This document shows, piece after piece, positions 24,298-34,450 of a DNA stretch of 64,000 bases (positions are counted from its first letter, which is position 1; each line of letters opens with the position of its first letter). Source of the DNA: a virus (taxonomy: Duplodnaviria > Caudoviricetes); IMG/VR virus record IMGVR_UViG_3300028909_000001, one strand, 5' to 3'. Below the pieces are notes generated by a model. The model was not told where the DNA came from, did no database searches, and saw only the letters and a list, made by a program, of their open reading frames with translations. A program made the position numbers and the translations under genes.

Positions 24298-26485
24298 TTA
24301 TCCAAAGAACACCAAGTATACCTATGGAATTACTATAGTTAGAATTCACTCTAGCTATTCTGAAGTTTACATATGACCCTCCTGAGAACGCAGAGGCTGG
24401 AATAGTGAAATAAGGATTATTGTTTGAATCAGTATAAATAGTAGTCTGAGTTAAACTAGGGAATAGTGAACCAGGTATACTTACATTAGATAATACTGTA
24501 GCACTTGATATGGAAGAGGTATTATAGCTTACTGCATATTCAAATGTAAAGGCAGCCGTACCAGAACCAACCGTATTATTATCAGTAAAGCATACTAATT
24601 GAATAGAGATTGGCGTATTACTTGGTATAGTAGCAGGCACCATAAACTTGCCTACAAACCCCAGCTTTTGATTAACTATAGGATTCTTTAGTCTAAGATA
24701 TGCATTAAGTCCTTTATATATAAAATCTGCCTCTTCTGGCTCAATATCGGCAACTTCTCCGGTTAATGAGAAATTACTAAGTGAAAGGACTAATTGACCT
24801 GGTATATTCTGCGTAACTACTAATCCAGGTCCTACCACTACACTATTTATTACTGGTGCAGTTTGTGTAGTAGTTAATCCAGTAGAAGTATTATAAGCTA
24901 TACTTTGTAGTGCAGTTCCATTACCAGTACTTCCTATATTAGTAATAGGAAGTTGTAGCTGTATATTTAAATTCCCTACCGTAGCAGGTTGACCGGCAGG
25001 ATTAGTTATGGTTAAAGCTGAGTTAGTCGGTGTTAGACTAGTAACTACACTATCACTAAAGTTAGGATTAAGCTTGGTTATAAGCAATTGCAAATCTACT
25101 GGACCTGGACTTCCTGACCAAGGTACATAATTGATTTGATTTTGAGTCCACCATAATCCATTCTCATCTATAATATAAGCTCCGTTAGGGTGGTCAGTAT
25201 CATTTAAGGTCTGTAATATACCATTCATGAAAACCATGGTATAAGCTACTGGATAAGCTGGTAAAGCATTCAACAATTCCAAAGCATTATCTTTTTGCAG
25301 AGCTGTCAAATAATAGGGTTGAGTATTATCTTCTGTAGTTGCAATAATTACTGCAGCAGTAGGAAGATTATAATAGAATTGAGCATTAGTAGGCGGTGTG
25401 ATTAATAGTACTGATTGAGCATCTGAAGCATTAACCCAACCTACTTTATTAGTCATGTCAGTAGTAGCATTTGGATTATGAATAATAGTCCAAACATTAG
25501 TATTAACTGAGGTTGTAAGCCAGGCTAGTTGGGGAGGAGCACCAATAGCTTCAATAGTATAGTTTAGATTAGTAGTTGTATTATTCCATACCATCACTGC
25601 TCCGTTATTAGTATTGGGAGAACCGGTTAGTACCCAAGCTAGTTGGGGTGGGTTATTGACACAGCTAATAGTATAATTAAGTCCATTAGTAGGATCGGTC
25701 CAGATTAAACCTGCTCCATTATTGTTAGCATTAATAGCAGTAGCGGTAACAACCCAGGCTAGTTGGGGTGGGTTATTAACACTACTAATAGTATAATTAA
25801 GACCAGTAGTAGTATTATGCCATACAAATAAAGAACCATTGTCAGCACTAGGTAATGACGGTGTACCAGCTACTAGAGGAGGGACTTCTATTCTATAATT
25901 AAAATATAGTTGATTTAAAGAATCAATGTTAGGAGCTAGTACCAGGCTTTCTGAACCAATATAATAACCTACAAATATACCAGCACCACTAGGATAGATG
26001 GTTAATTTACCAGGCTCATTACTAGAGAGATAAAGTGGTCCAGGTTGTAAAGTCCCTTCAGCTAAACTTGCAGTATCTAGTACCTGACTAAAATCAATAC
26101 CACTTATCAATCCTCTTACATAAATATCACCATATACTACAGGACCGGTTTGCCCTTCATATATATCATCTACTATACCAAATATAAAGGCAGAGGTAGC
26201 AGGAATTAGATGACCGGTACTATCAGGTGAATATCCAGCTTGCGCAGGATATAAGACTGCCTGCCCACTAGAGTTATTAAAGTAAACTGGTGTGCCTGGA
26301 GCTAGGTTACCATAAATAGGTTGGTTATAACTGATTAATACAGTCTTATCTGACTTATTATTCAGCATTTCAAATAGATATTGATCTCTATTAGCTAGTG
26401 CAGTAACTACAGGATTAACCGTAGCTTGATTCAATATACTAACACCGTCTGTAAATAACGGCACATTTGCAGTCCATGTACTCAT
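24290..26485 (-). CDS. Baseplate-distal/tail-fibre attachment protein with three NNPPQLAW modules
   Basis: LANRDQYL N-terminal fibre-attachment-like motif; GPLYLSSNEPGKLT; three internal ~40-aa repeats. Confidence 0.65.
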   Translation of the reverse strand: MSTWTANVPLFTDGVSILNQATVNPVVTALANRDQYLFEMLNNKSDKTVLISYNQPIYGNLAPGTPVYFNNSSGQAVLYPAQAGYSPDSTGHLIPATSAFIFGIVDDIYEGQTGPVVYGDIYVRGLISGIDFSQVLDTASLAEGTLQPGPLYLSSNEPGKLTIYPSGAGIFVGYYIGSESLVLAPNIDSLNQLYFNYRIEVPPLVAGTPSLPSADNGSLFVWHNTTTGLNYTISSVNNPPQLAWVVTATAINANNNGAGLIWTDPTNGLNYTISCVNNPPQLAWVLTGSPNTNNGAVMVWNNTTTNLNYTIEAIGAPPQLAWLTTSVNTNVWTIIHNPNATTDMTNKVGWVNASDAQSVLLITPPTNAQFYYNLPTAAVIIATTEDNTQPYYLTALQKDNALELLNALPAYPVAYTMVFMNGILQTLNDTDHPNGAYIIDENGLWWTQNQINYVPWSGSPGPVDLQLLITKLNPNFSDSVVTSLTPTNSALTITNPAGQPATVGNLNIQLQLPITNIGSTGNGTALQSIAYNTSTGLTTTQTAPVINSVVVGPGLVVTQNIPGQLVLSLSNFSLTGEVADIEPEEADFIYKGLNAYLRLKNPIVNQKLGFVGKFMVPATIPSNTPISIQLVCFTDNNTVGSGTAAFTFEYAVSYNTSSISSATVLSNVSIPGSLFPSLTQTTIYTDSNNNPYFTIPASAFSGGSYVNFRIARVNSNYSNSIGILGVLWIIA

Positions 26486-26488
26486 ATT

Positions 26489-27013
26489 TTAAGAAGCACG
26501 AAAAGTTAATCCCCAAGTAATTACTAATCCTTGAGTACTATTATATGTAATAGGGCTAAAAGCAATTCTAGAAAATAGCTTATCACCAGAAGAGCTACTC
26601 GGAACACTAGCATTGACAAGACCCAAACTAGTAATAAAATTTCCATTAGGTATTGTAGAACCTGTAATATACACACTAAAATAGACCAGATTTGATGTAT
26701 AACCTGCTTCATTTGAATAGTTGGGTGAAAATGTTAATGGTATTCTAGTAAATGTACTACCAAAACTAGTTACCGTATCATTGACTGTTACTGTAGGAAT
26801 AGCCCCTACATTATCATTAGCTACATACATATGAGTAATACCAGTATTAGGTAATCCACTCAATGCTTTGGCTGTAATGTCTGCTCCACCTAAAACAATA
26901 GTGTTCTGTTGTTCAAGTATCAGTTCTTTACTACCTTCAGGATTAACACGCCATATCCGAACTCTACCAAATGCATCTTTATTTACAGTATAGGCTTTAT
27001 CTAAATAGTCCAT
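26489..27013 (-). CDS. Baseplate/tail-fibre collar-like protein
   Basis: NTIVLGG..AKALSG..ITHMYV and LFSRIAF..LVITW motifs as in phage fibre-socket proteins. Confidence 0.6.
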   Translation of the reverse strand: MDYLDKAYTVNKDAFGRVRIWRVNPEGSKELILEQQNTIVLGGADITAKALSGLPNTGITHMYVANDNVGAIPTVTVNDTVTSFGSTFTRIPLTFSPNYSNEAGYTSNLVYFSVYITGSTIPNGNFITSLGLVNASVPSSSSGDKLFSRIAFSPITYNSTQGLVITWGLTFRAS

Positions 27014-27053
27014 AATAATGATAATAACAGTTTTATTCTAGCATCTCAATGTT

Positions 27054-28724
27054 TTAAGATGCAATAGTTAAGCTCACACCAGTAATTGGTGAAATAGGAT
27101 TAGTTACAATAACCCGGCTCGGACTCATATCTTTAATCAGCAATCCTGAACCTGAGTTAAATGATACTAAATCGTTAGTCTTTTGTAGTGGTTGATAAGT
27201 CCTCATTCCATCATCGATCACTTCAGTATTCATCTGGTAAATTTCATCTCCAACATTACCAATATCACATAAAACTATCAAGAATATATTAGGAGGCAGC
27301 ATATCCTTTACTGCTTCGAAATATTGTTGAAATGCTGCAACTTGGTCAGTAGTAAAGAACTTTATCCTTAATAGAGCGGCACAACTCTTTAATATGCAAT
27401 TAAATATGAAATTTACTGGATTAATTACATTAACTGGATTTGAATTGGATAGAGGTGGGGATATTTGAGTATTAACCAAGTTTAAAAATGCTGTATTTTT
27501 TAATGATGCTTGATAGTTAGCTACGTCAGTTGGATTGCCTATTACTGGGAAGATAGGAAATCCATTATTATCCAAAGAGATTGGTTCCAGATCATTATTG
27601 AATTGAACTGAATAATTAGCAGAGACTAATATCATACTAGCAGGTAATACTAAAGGAACCAGAGATAATCCAGTAACAGGTACTAATAATCCTGATTGAT
27701 GTGTAGGGTCAATTACATATCTAGTTGTAGGCGTAGATATATTAATACCTAATTGTGTCTGCCACCAATTAGCAGTATTTACTTCATCATATACTTCTAC
27801 TACTTCTACTGGAACATCACCTATATTCAATACAGAACTTACAATTATACCAGGTTTGATGGTATATGTATTTGGATATCTATAAGCTCCAGTATTAGTT
27901 ACAAATACATTATATCCATTATCACTTAATATGGATTGGATAGTTGATTGCTGAGTAATGACCGGCAAGCCTAGACTACTAAGAGCAATTGCTTTTAGAT
28001 CATTTATGGTAGGTCCATTAGTAAACATTTGTACTACACTTGCTAATACTTGTTTACCTAGTTCTGAATGAGGGACATCAAGGCCGAATAAATAACCTAT
28101 ATTGTATTTTAAACTCTCACTATCTATGGCCGCATTATAACACCATAGAGTAAGTAATCTATCTCCAGAATCTGTACCGTCAGAATTATAGATGATAGTT
28201 GGAGTTACCCCAGGTATGGTAAAAGGGTTTCCATAAAAGAATAACCTTTCATTTATTAATTGAAAGTTCTGACCATTAACCCATACATAGTTAGGATTGA
28301 TTATCTGATCTACTATAATAGAAGTTAACATCAAGCTATTAGGTAGAATTACACTATAAACATTGGTATCTTCAGGTATGGGGGCTCCGAATAAATACGG
28401 ATTCCCCATCACTTCAGCTCCAAACAATACATTTTCACCAAATAATAAGGTGTTATTATCCATTGCCGATAAATATATGTAAATAGGATACCAATTTTGA
28501 TGATCAAATATACTTATCTGTTTACTACTATAACTATTAATCAATTCAAGCATGTTAGTATATGCTTGTTGTGCTGCCGCTGCTTGCCCAGAAGTCAACC
28601 CAGTAATAACTTGTTGCTCACTAAATACTCGCTGCCAGAAATAGCCTAGAGAATTGAACAAATATCTACTATCGGTAGCATTGTTACCAGGATAAATATC
28701 TTGATTGTAACTTAAGAAGCTCAT
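27054..28724 (-). CDS. Baseplate wedge protein
   Basis: Directly downstream of the baseplate J-like gene; LFNSLGYFW and FTNGPT..DLK..LGLP motifs. Confidence 0.65.
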   Translation of the reverse strand: MSFLSYNQDIYPGNNATDSRYLFNSLGYFWQRVFSEQQVITGLTSGQAAAAQQAYTNMLELINSYSSKQISIFDHQNWYPIYIYLSAMDNNTLLFGENVLFGAEVMGNPYLFGAPIPEDTNVYSVILPNSLMLTSIIVDQIINPNYVWVNGQNFQLINERLFFYGNPFTIPGVTPTIIYNSDGTDSGDRLLTLWCYNAAIDSESLKYNIGYLFGLDVPHSELGKQVLASVVQMFTNGPTINDLKAIALSSLGLPVITQQSTIQSILSDNGYNVFVTNTGAYRYPNTYTIKPGIIVSSVLNIGDVPVEVVEVYDEVNTANWWQTQLGINISTPTTRYVIDPTHQSGLLVPVTGLSLVPLVLPASMILVSANYSVQFNNDLEPISLDNNGFPIFPVIGNPTDVANYQASLKNTAFLNLVNTQISPPLSNSNPVNVINPVNFIFNCILKSCAALLRIKFFTTDQVAAFQQYFEAVKDMLPPNIFLIVLCDIGNVGDEIYQMNTEVIDDGMRTYQPLQKTNDLVSFNSGSGLLIKDMSPSRVIVTNPISPITGVSLTIAS

Positions 28725-30295
28725 TTAACAGTTATATTAATATTTTGTGTCCCAGAATCATTATAATAGCTTAAGAAGAACATTGTATTTGCTGGAGAGA
28801 CACCATATTGAGTTAATGTAGTAGGTATCTCTAAGAAGTCATTTCCTTCAATTATAATATTTTCATCAGTAGCGTTTTGATTTGCATCATAAGGAGCTAG
28901 TATTTGTCCATTTAACAATATAGGTAAATCTACTCTAGCTATATTAAACTGATGACAAATACTGACTATTTGACTTACTGCTACTGAACTTCCGATAGGC
29001 AGGCTATTGACATAATTAAATATGGCAGATTGGATAGCAGATACATTAATTACATCAGTTACATTATTTCTTACAATAGAAATAGACATGCTAACATTAC
29101 AAGGAATAATACCTTTAGCTAGATAATCGGTACAAGGAATCCTATTATTATTGTTTAAAAACAGTGCTTGGGTAGGACTTAGATTAAATGGAGCAATAGC
29201 TGTTATATTGAATGTAAACGGCTGACTCATTACAGGAGGTACATAAGTAATAGCTAAAGTTGCGGTCTGATAAATGGAATATCTAGCTTGAGCAGGTGTG
29301 GTTATCTGACTAGGAGTAGTATTATCATAACCATAAGTAACTGTAAATGGTAAATAAGCTAAGTTTGTAGCTGCTGCATCCTGTACATTAACTATTCTAT
29401 AAAATCCAGGAGCTTGAGTAGCTGGAATAGTAACATCCCAGACTGCATTGATTGAATCATAAGAACCAACTATTTGGAAGCTTGTTTGTGGAATAGTAAT
29501 GTCATTTTTAACATATACATCTACACAACCAGGTACTTTTATATTTAGAAGGTTATTTTGACTTCTTATATTTACTGGAGAAGTTGTATCTGCTAAATAT
29601 GCCCCTCTAAAGCTGGGATATAACTGAGTTAATTGATTATTAATACTAGCAGCAGTTAATAGATTTGTTGTAGCCAGCCCAGTTCTGAATCTAGTAATAA
29701 GTTGTTGGTCTGTTTCTTGATTAATACCTTGTGAGAAAGTGCCATAAGCCACTGAATTTACATAGTTTGGAATAGCACTAGTAGCATTTAGTATGAATGG
29801 AGCTAGATTAGATACTGCAGTTTGAATACCTATCGTAGTAGCATAAACAGGTATGATAAAGTAATACAAACCATTTTGAAGTATGAATGAACCAGAATTT
29901 AAGGTTATCGGACTAGTAGTTTGATAAGTATAGCCTAGAGCTGGTTGGGTAAACGAAGTCCCACTAGGTAAAACATAAGTGTTGGCATTTTGTGCAGAAG
30001 TGAATACTTTAATATTACCAGCAGCTGCCGCTCCTTGAATTCTAGTTACATTATAATTACTAGCAATTTGATCTATTATAGAGCTGTAAGTAGGTGTTAA
30101 GCTATTGATGACTTGACTAATAGCTTGTTCTGTAGATATAGCATCAATATCATTATATACCTGATTCTGTATTTGAGATTCCAAACCTAGTATTAGCTCA
30201 CTAAATACTGAACCTGGAGATAAATCAAGAGTAGGTGCTGATGATTGTATAAATGCAGTCAATCTAGCTAAAGTCTGGGCAATTGTTTCTGACAT
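28721..30295 (-). CDS. Baseplate J-like (gp6/gpJ) wedge protein
   Basis: LDLSPGSVFSEL; IASNYNVTRIQGAAAAGNI; GINQETDQQLITR matches the baseplate J G.D.E.D..L..R motif. Confidence 0.85.
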   Translation of the reverse strand: MSETIAQTLARLTAFIQSSAPTLDLSPGSVFSELILGLESQIQNQVYNDIDAISTEQAISQVINSLTPTYSSIIDQIASNYNVTRIQGAAAAGNIKVFTSAQNANTYVLPSGTSFTQPALGYTYQTTSPITLNSGSFILQNGLYYFIIPVYATTIGIQTAVSNLAPFILNATSAIPNYVNSVAYGTFSQGINQETDQQLITRFRTGLATTNLLTAASINNQLTQLYPSFRGAYLADTTSPVNIRSQNNLLNIKVPGCVDVYVKNDITIPQTSFQIVGSYDSINAVWDVTIPATQAPGFYRIVNVQDAAATNLAYLPFTVTYGYDNTTPSQITTPAQARYSIYQTATLAITYVPPVMSQPFTFNITAIAPFNLSPTQALFLNNNNRIPCTDYLAKGIIPCNVSMSISIVRNNVTDVINVSAIQSAIFNYVNSLPIGSSVAVSQIVSICHQFNIARVDLPILLNGQILAPYDANQNATDENIIIEGNDFLEIPTTLTQYGVSPANTMFFLSYYNDSGTQNINITVK

Positions 30296-30298
30296 AAA

Positions 30299-30742
30299 TT
30301 AAAGTGGTAAAGGTAATAAAACTGTAACTGTGGTACCTGCTTGAGTAGTTAAAGTCATGGAATAATTTACATATGTCCCAGTACTGGTCACGTTATTTAG
30401 TTGCACTGTGCTTAACTGTTCATCCAAGAATAAAGAGGGTGTTTGACTATTCTGATAACTCTTAAAGTTTTGAATAACAATAGCATTATAGTTGTTAAAT
30501 AAATTCTTGGCAGTCTGTATATTATTACTGGATAACCCTATCAAATCTTCAACAAATCCTGAATTTATAAGACTTATAATATAACGTTGTATTAACTTTT
30601 GTACCCCAGCTATATATTGAGTAGGATAGCCAAATGAATAAGTAATATTCTGAGTAGCGGTACTTAATGGATTTAAAGTACCAGAAATATACATATCAAC
30701 TAGTCTACCACTATAATCTACTGATGTTCCTGAGACTGGCAT
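30299..30742 (-). CDS. gp25-like baseplate/sheath initiator
   Basis: IAGVQKLIQRYIISL; size and position between hub and J. Confidence 0.65.
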   Translation of the reverse strand: MPVSGTSVDYSGRLVDMYISGTLNPLSTATQNITYSFGYPTQYIAGVQKLIQRYIISLINSGFVEDLIGLSSNNIQTAKNLFNNYNAIVIQNFKSYQNSQTPSLFLDEQLSTVQLNNVTSTGTYVNYSMTLTTQAGTTVTVLLPLPL

Positions 30743-31155
30743 TAAGTACCTTTCATTATTGCTTGTAACAAATTATATCTACCTAAACTTATTGCTATGG
30801 ATGTTGAGGTTCTAATATCTTTATTCTCAATATCATCCCGATAATTTCTCAGCCTAGGTTGATGTCTATACACCATTGATTTAGCTAGACTATATATATT
30901 ATCTGCTTCTAGTTGTAGTTGGGCTACTGGTACATTGGTTAATGTTTTAGCTTGTGCCACAGCTGCTACTTGGGCATCAAATGCTTTATTAGGGACACTT
31001 GAATCAAAATAAGTATCTATATTGCTTGGTGTAAGTATATCAGTTATTCCTAGTAAACACCACTGTCTTTCAGTAGGATCAGTATACATTGAAGTATATG
31101 TATCACTTAACCAAGTTCTAATAGATTCTGCTAATTGTGTATATGTTTGAGGCAT
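30742..31155 (-). CDS. Hypothetical protein
   Basis: 137 aa, TAATG-coupled in the operon. Confidence 0.7.
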   Translation of the reverse strand: MPQTYTQLAESIRTWLSDTYTSMYTDPTERQWCLLGITDILTPSNIDTYFDSSVPNKAFDAQVAAVAQAKTLTNVPVAQLQLEADNIYSLAKSMVYRHQPRLRNYRDDIENKDIRTSTSIAISLGRYNLLQAIMKGT

Positions 31156-31796
31156 TATTCATCATCCTCCCAACCAGATTTAACTTTATCTCCTATAACT
31201 TTTACCCTACTTATTACAGTATTGGTAGAGATATTCAATTTTTTAGCTATCTCTTCGTTATTTAATGTAGGTTTATTATTAAAACCAGTTTTATATTCAA
31301 ATATTACTCTATCTAAATCTGATAAATCATGGTATACAAAATGAAGCCAATCATCATTTTGATTAGTTAAAAAGACTGGAGTATGTGTTAAACTACTTAG
31401 ATTAACTTCATTGGCTTTGTTTTGTTTTATCTTATTTACATGAACCAATGGTATATGTGTATACTCACTTACTTCCATAGCTGATGGTTCTCTACCTAAT
31501 TCATCTTTTAGATATAGTTCCGCCTCATTAATGTGCTGTGATTTAAATTGTTTATTTTCAGGCAATCTCACTGCAGCACCATATAAAGTTGATATTCTAC
31601 TAAGCTTCTTCAATTGATTAGTAAGATGAGTACTGAATTTAATATTCTTAGAAGGATCAAATGACTCAGCTGCTTTATGAGCTAACTTATATGCCTCAGC
31701 CAATACTACTTCATAAGGAATTAACTTACTATATTTTCCAGCTTCATATTTTATCATTTTATCGTAGTCAGCTAAAAGTTTTTTAATATCGTTCAT
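31155..31796 (-). CDS. RNA polymerase sigma70-family (FliA/SigF-like) sigma factor
   Basis: Region 2 KAAESFDPSKNIKFSTH, region 3 ELGREPSAMEVSE, region 4 LSDLDRVIF..EEIAKKLNISTNTV. Confidence 0.88.
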   Translation of the reverse strand: MNDIKKLLADYDKMIKYEAGKYSKLIPYEVVLAEAYKLAHKAAESFDPSKNIKFSTHLTNQLKKLSRISTLYGAAVRLPENKQFKSQHINEAELYLKDELGREPSAMEVSEYTHIPLVHVNKIKQNKANEVNLSSLTHTPVFLTNQNDDWLHFVYHDLSDLDRVIFEYKTGFNNKPTLNNEEIAKKLNISTNTVISRVKVIGDKVKSGWEDDE

Positions 31797-31797
31797 A

Positions 31798-33471
31798 TTA
31801 ACTAGGAGATATATCAGTTACAAAATGGTTACAAAAATCCTGACTATTAGCATATGTATAATTATATAGAGGCACAGAAGTTAAGCCAGAACTAATTGAT
31901 TTACCAGGTCTTCCCCCGTTAAAGTTTACATTGGTTGATGCATTACCACTGCCAGGAGTTACTTGAAATGAATGACTTACTTCAGTTACGTAAAAGTGAA
32001 CCCAAGTACCAGGATGATTAGTATATGCAGCCCCAGGAGCACCAGGAGTCCAATTATTGTTAAATGGCATTGATATCGAACCAACTCTATCGCCATACTT
32101 TATTCTACAATATTCACCTTGAGCCCAGGCATTTAAGAATGATAAAATATTATCCCGTTCAGCCAGTATCTGGCTCTTATTAGCCATGAAATTATCAGTA
32201 GCTTCTTCAGTTTCCACTTTTTTAGTTATCAAATTATCTCCATTTTTTATATTTGTCTGAATAGCCATACTACCTTGAGTAACTATCCTACTAACGTATG
32301 ATTCCGCTAACTGAGGTAGTGTTTTTACTACAATATTACCTAAGGTATTAGGAGCAGGATCTATATAATAACCATTTAATACATTAACCCCTCCAACTGC
32401 CCAAGTTCCTTGCAAACCTACTGTATCTGGTACTACATATACGCCTTTAATCGTATTCTCTCCATTATCATTAAAGTTAAAAGAATCATAATCAGCAGGG
32501 TAAGCCACATTTCTTTGTATTGACCTTTTATTGACTAGTAGTGAAGGATCTATAGTAACTTGTAGATATGCCGCTTCAGGAACAACAAAGGCAGTTTTAT
32601 TACCAACTACAAATGTCGAACCATATTGTCCTATAAAGCGTATCATTGAATTAAGTACTGTATCATCCAGACCAGACATGGCACTTATGATGGAACAGGC
32701 GATGGTCGGACTACCAGCACTTAATAAGGTATTACTAGCTTGTAATACCTCATTTGAAGTATAACTTGTATTAATTTGATTTAAGAGATTCTTAACAACT
32801 GGTAATAGATTATTGGCATTTATTTGTTGGGCTTCGATAACCTTGCCTAAAGCATTTTGTATGTTTAAATAACTGTTAGCTACTTGTAGAACACCAGTAG
32901 TTGCTTGATATACTACTACAATTTTAAATAATTGAATAATAAATGGAATAATAGGTAATGTCAGGTCAGGTGTAAATTGTGGTCCACTAAATATGCCATA
33001 TAAAGGTAAATCACTGGTCAAGAATTGAGTATTGGCTGAAGCTGGTCCAAATTGATTAGGTTCATAAGTTACTGGTTGTTGGACCGTAAACATATTAGCA
33101 GTACCGGCGTTGAGTCCTAATATTCTAGGATAAATTTCATTCAACAATACAAACTTATGCTTGATTATTAAAGCCGAAGATAAGCTACCAGGATGTTGGG
33201 ATATATTAACACCATCCAACCAGCCATTAAATTGTAAGCAACCAGGATCATAGGATAACCCACCAGTCTTTATAGTTACCGTAAGATCTCTTCTACGGTA
33301 GTTATCAAAGTCACAGAAAGTTTGCAGTCCTGATGGATCTACATCTACTTGAGCTACAGGCAACCTATTTATTCCATAAGATATAGAAGCTCCTAATACC
33401 TTTAAGTTTGGGATAATAGCAGTTATAATCGGGTCGGTGCTGCTCAAAGTTATCTGTACATTTGTATTCAT
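31798..33471 (-). CDS. Baseplate hub protein (gp27/gpD-like)
   Basis: 557 aa, beta-rich; C-terminal FYVTEVSHSF strand; syntenic position. Confidence 0.65.
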   Translation of the reverse strand: MNTNVQITLSSTDPIITAIIPNLKVLGASISYGINRLPVAQVDVDPSGLQTFCDFDNYRRRDLTVTIKTGGLSYDPGCLQFNGWLDGVNISQHPGSLSSALIIKHKFVLLNEIYPRILGLNAGTANMFTVQQPVTYEPNQFGPASANTQFLTSDLPLYGIFSGPQFTPDLTLPIIPFIIQLFKIVVVYQATTGVLQVANSYLNIQNALGKVIEAQQINANNLLPVVKNLLNQINTSYTSNEVLQASNTLLSAGSPTIACSIISAMSGLDDTVLNSMIRFIGQYGSTFVVGNKTAFVVPEAAYLQVTIDPSLLVNKRSIQRNVAYPADYDSFNFNDNGENTIKGVYVVPDTVGLQGTWAVGGVNVLNGYYIDPAPNTLGNIVVKTLPQLAESYVSRIVTQGSMAIQTNIKNGDNLITKKVETEEATDNFMANKSQILAERDNILSFLNAWAQGEYCRIKYGDRVGSISMPFNNNWTPGAPGAAYTNHPGTWVHFYVTEVSHSFQVTPGSGNASTNVNFNGGRPGKSISSGLTSVPLYNYTYANSQDFCNHFVTDISPS

Positions 33472-33473
33472 CT

Positions 33474-33923
33474 TTAACCTAATTTATATGAATAATTACA
33501 GATTAGCCCAGCCAATTTTTGCAAATTAGTAGTGCCATTTTCATATATATCCAAATATAAAGGATAGTTGGTATTGTAATTTAACATATTGGTAGTAGTT
33601 ATATTACCAATGACACTTGAAGCCACACTTATTAAATTTGGCGGAGTAGTTTGAAACACTGCTAAATCTTGTAATGTATAGGCTATTCTAGGATCTACTT
33701 GTTTAAAAACCTGATCTAATTTACAAGCAACTATTAACTGAGTATAAGCATTAGTTCTGGTAAGAATATCAGTCTCTGTATTGGATGGATACAATAAACT
33801 ATAGAAGCTGCTTAATTGTGTAGGTAAAGTTATGGTTGTAAAGGTTGAATCAATATATTCTCCAGCTATATTAGTGGGAGTAATATTCATCAATCTAGTT
33901 CTAAAATTATTAATGTATGACAT
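33474..33923 (-). CDS. Hypothetical baseplate-region protein
   Basis: 149 aa, in the operon between tube-initiator-like and hub genes. Confidence 0.65.
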   Translation of the reverse strand: MSYINNFRTRLMNITPTNIAGEYIDSTFTTITLPTQLSSFYSLLYPSNTETDILTRTNAYTQLIVACKLDQVFKQVDPRIAYTLQDLAVFQTTPPNLISVASSVIGNITTTNMLNYNTNYPLYLDIYENGTTNLQKLAGLICNYSYKLG

Positions 33924-33924
33924 A

Positions 33925-34443
33925 TTAACAGTTTGAAATAAATACTGGTGATGGCAAAGTATGATCTACAATCTCGAATTGCAGGTTATACTCTACAAAG
34001 TTTATGGCTGAAGACTCGGATGAAGCCTTAAAAGAGAAACTGGATAATACACACCAGAATGTAGTATTTCCAAAGGTTATCTGTTGTGACTTGCCTCTTA
34101 ATTGATTTCCTATTACATTCATTAACTGATCTACTCCAGGATAGTTTGTAGGTCCATTATAACTGAATTGTGAAGAAGAAGTTAAACAGGAACCAGCAAT
34201 TAACCCACTAATAGACAAACTACCCAATCCTTTACCGAAATAAAAGAAGGTAACCAAATCATTGAAGGTTAAAAAGTATTGTACCGTATCTTTATTCTGA
34301 ATGCTTACTTCACAAACTATTAACATAGCATCTGGATTAATAAGATTGGTGAGAAATGGTATATGAACAGAGTTATTTACAGTTATTCCTCCTTGAAAGA
34401 CACTGTTACCATTATCAGGGATTGTATAAAATATAGCAGCCAT
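33925..34443 (-). CDS. Tail-tube initiator-like protein (gp48/gp54-like)
   Basis: Directly after tape measure; FFYFGKGLGSLSISG and tube-like strand pattern. Confidence 0.6.
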   Translation of the reverse strand: MAAIFYTIPDNGNSVFQGGITVNNSVHIPFLTNLINPDAMLIVCEVSIQNKDTVQYFLTFNDLVTFFYFGKGLGSLSISGLIAGSCLTSSSQFSYNGPTNYPGVDQLMNVIGNQLRGKSQQITFGNTTFWCVLSSFSFKASSESSAINFVEYNLQFEIVDHTLPSPVFISNC

Positions 34444-34450
34444 ATTACGT

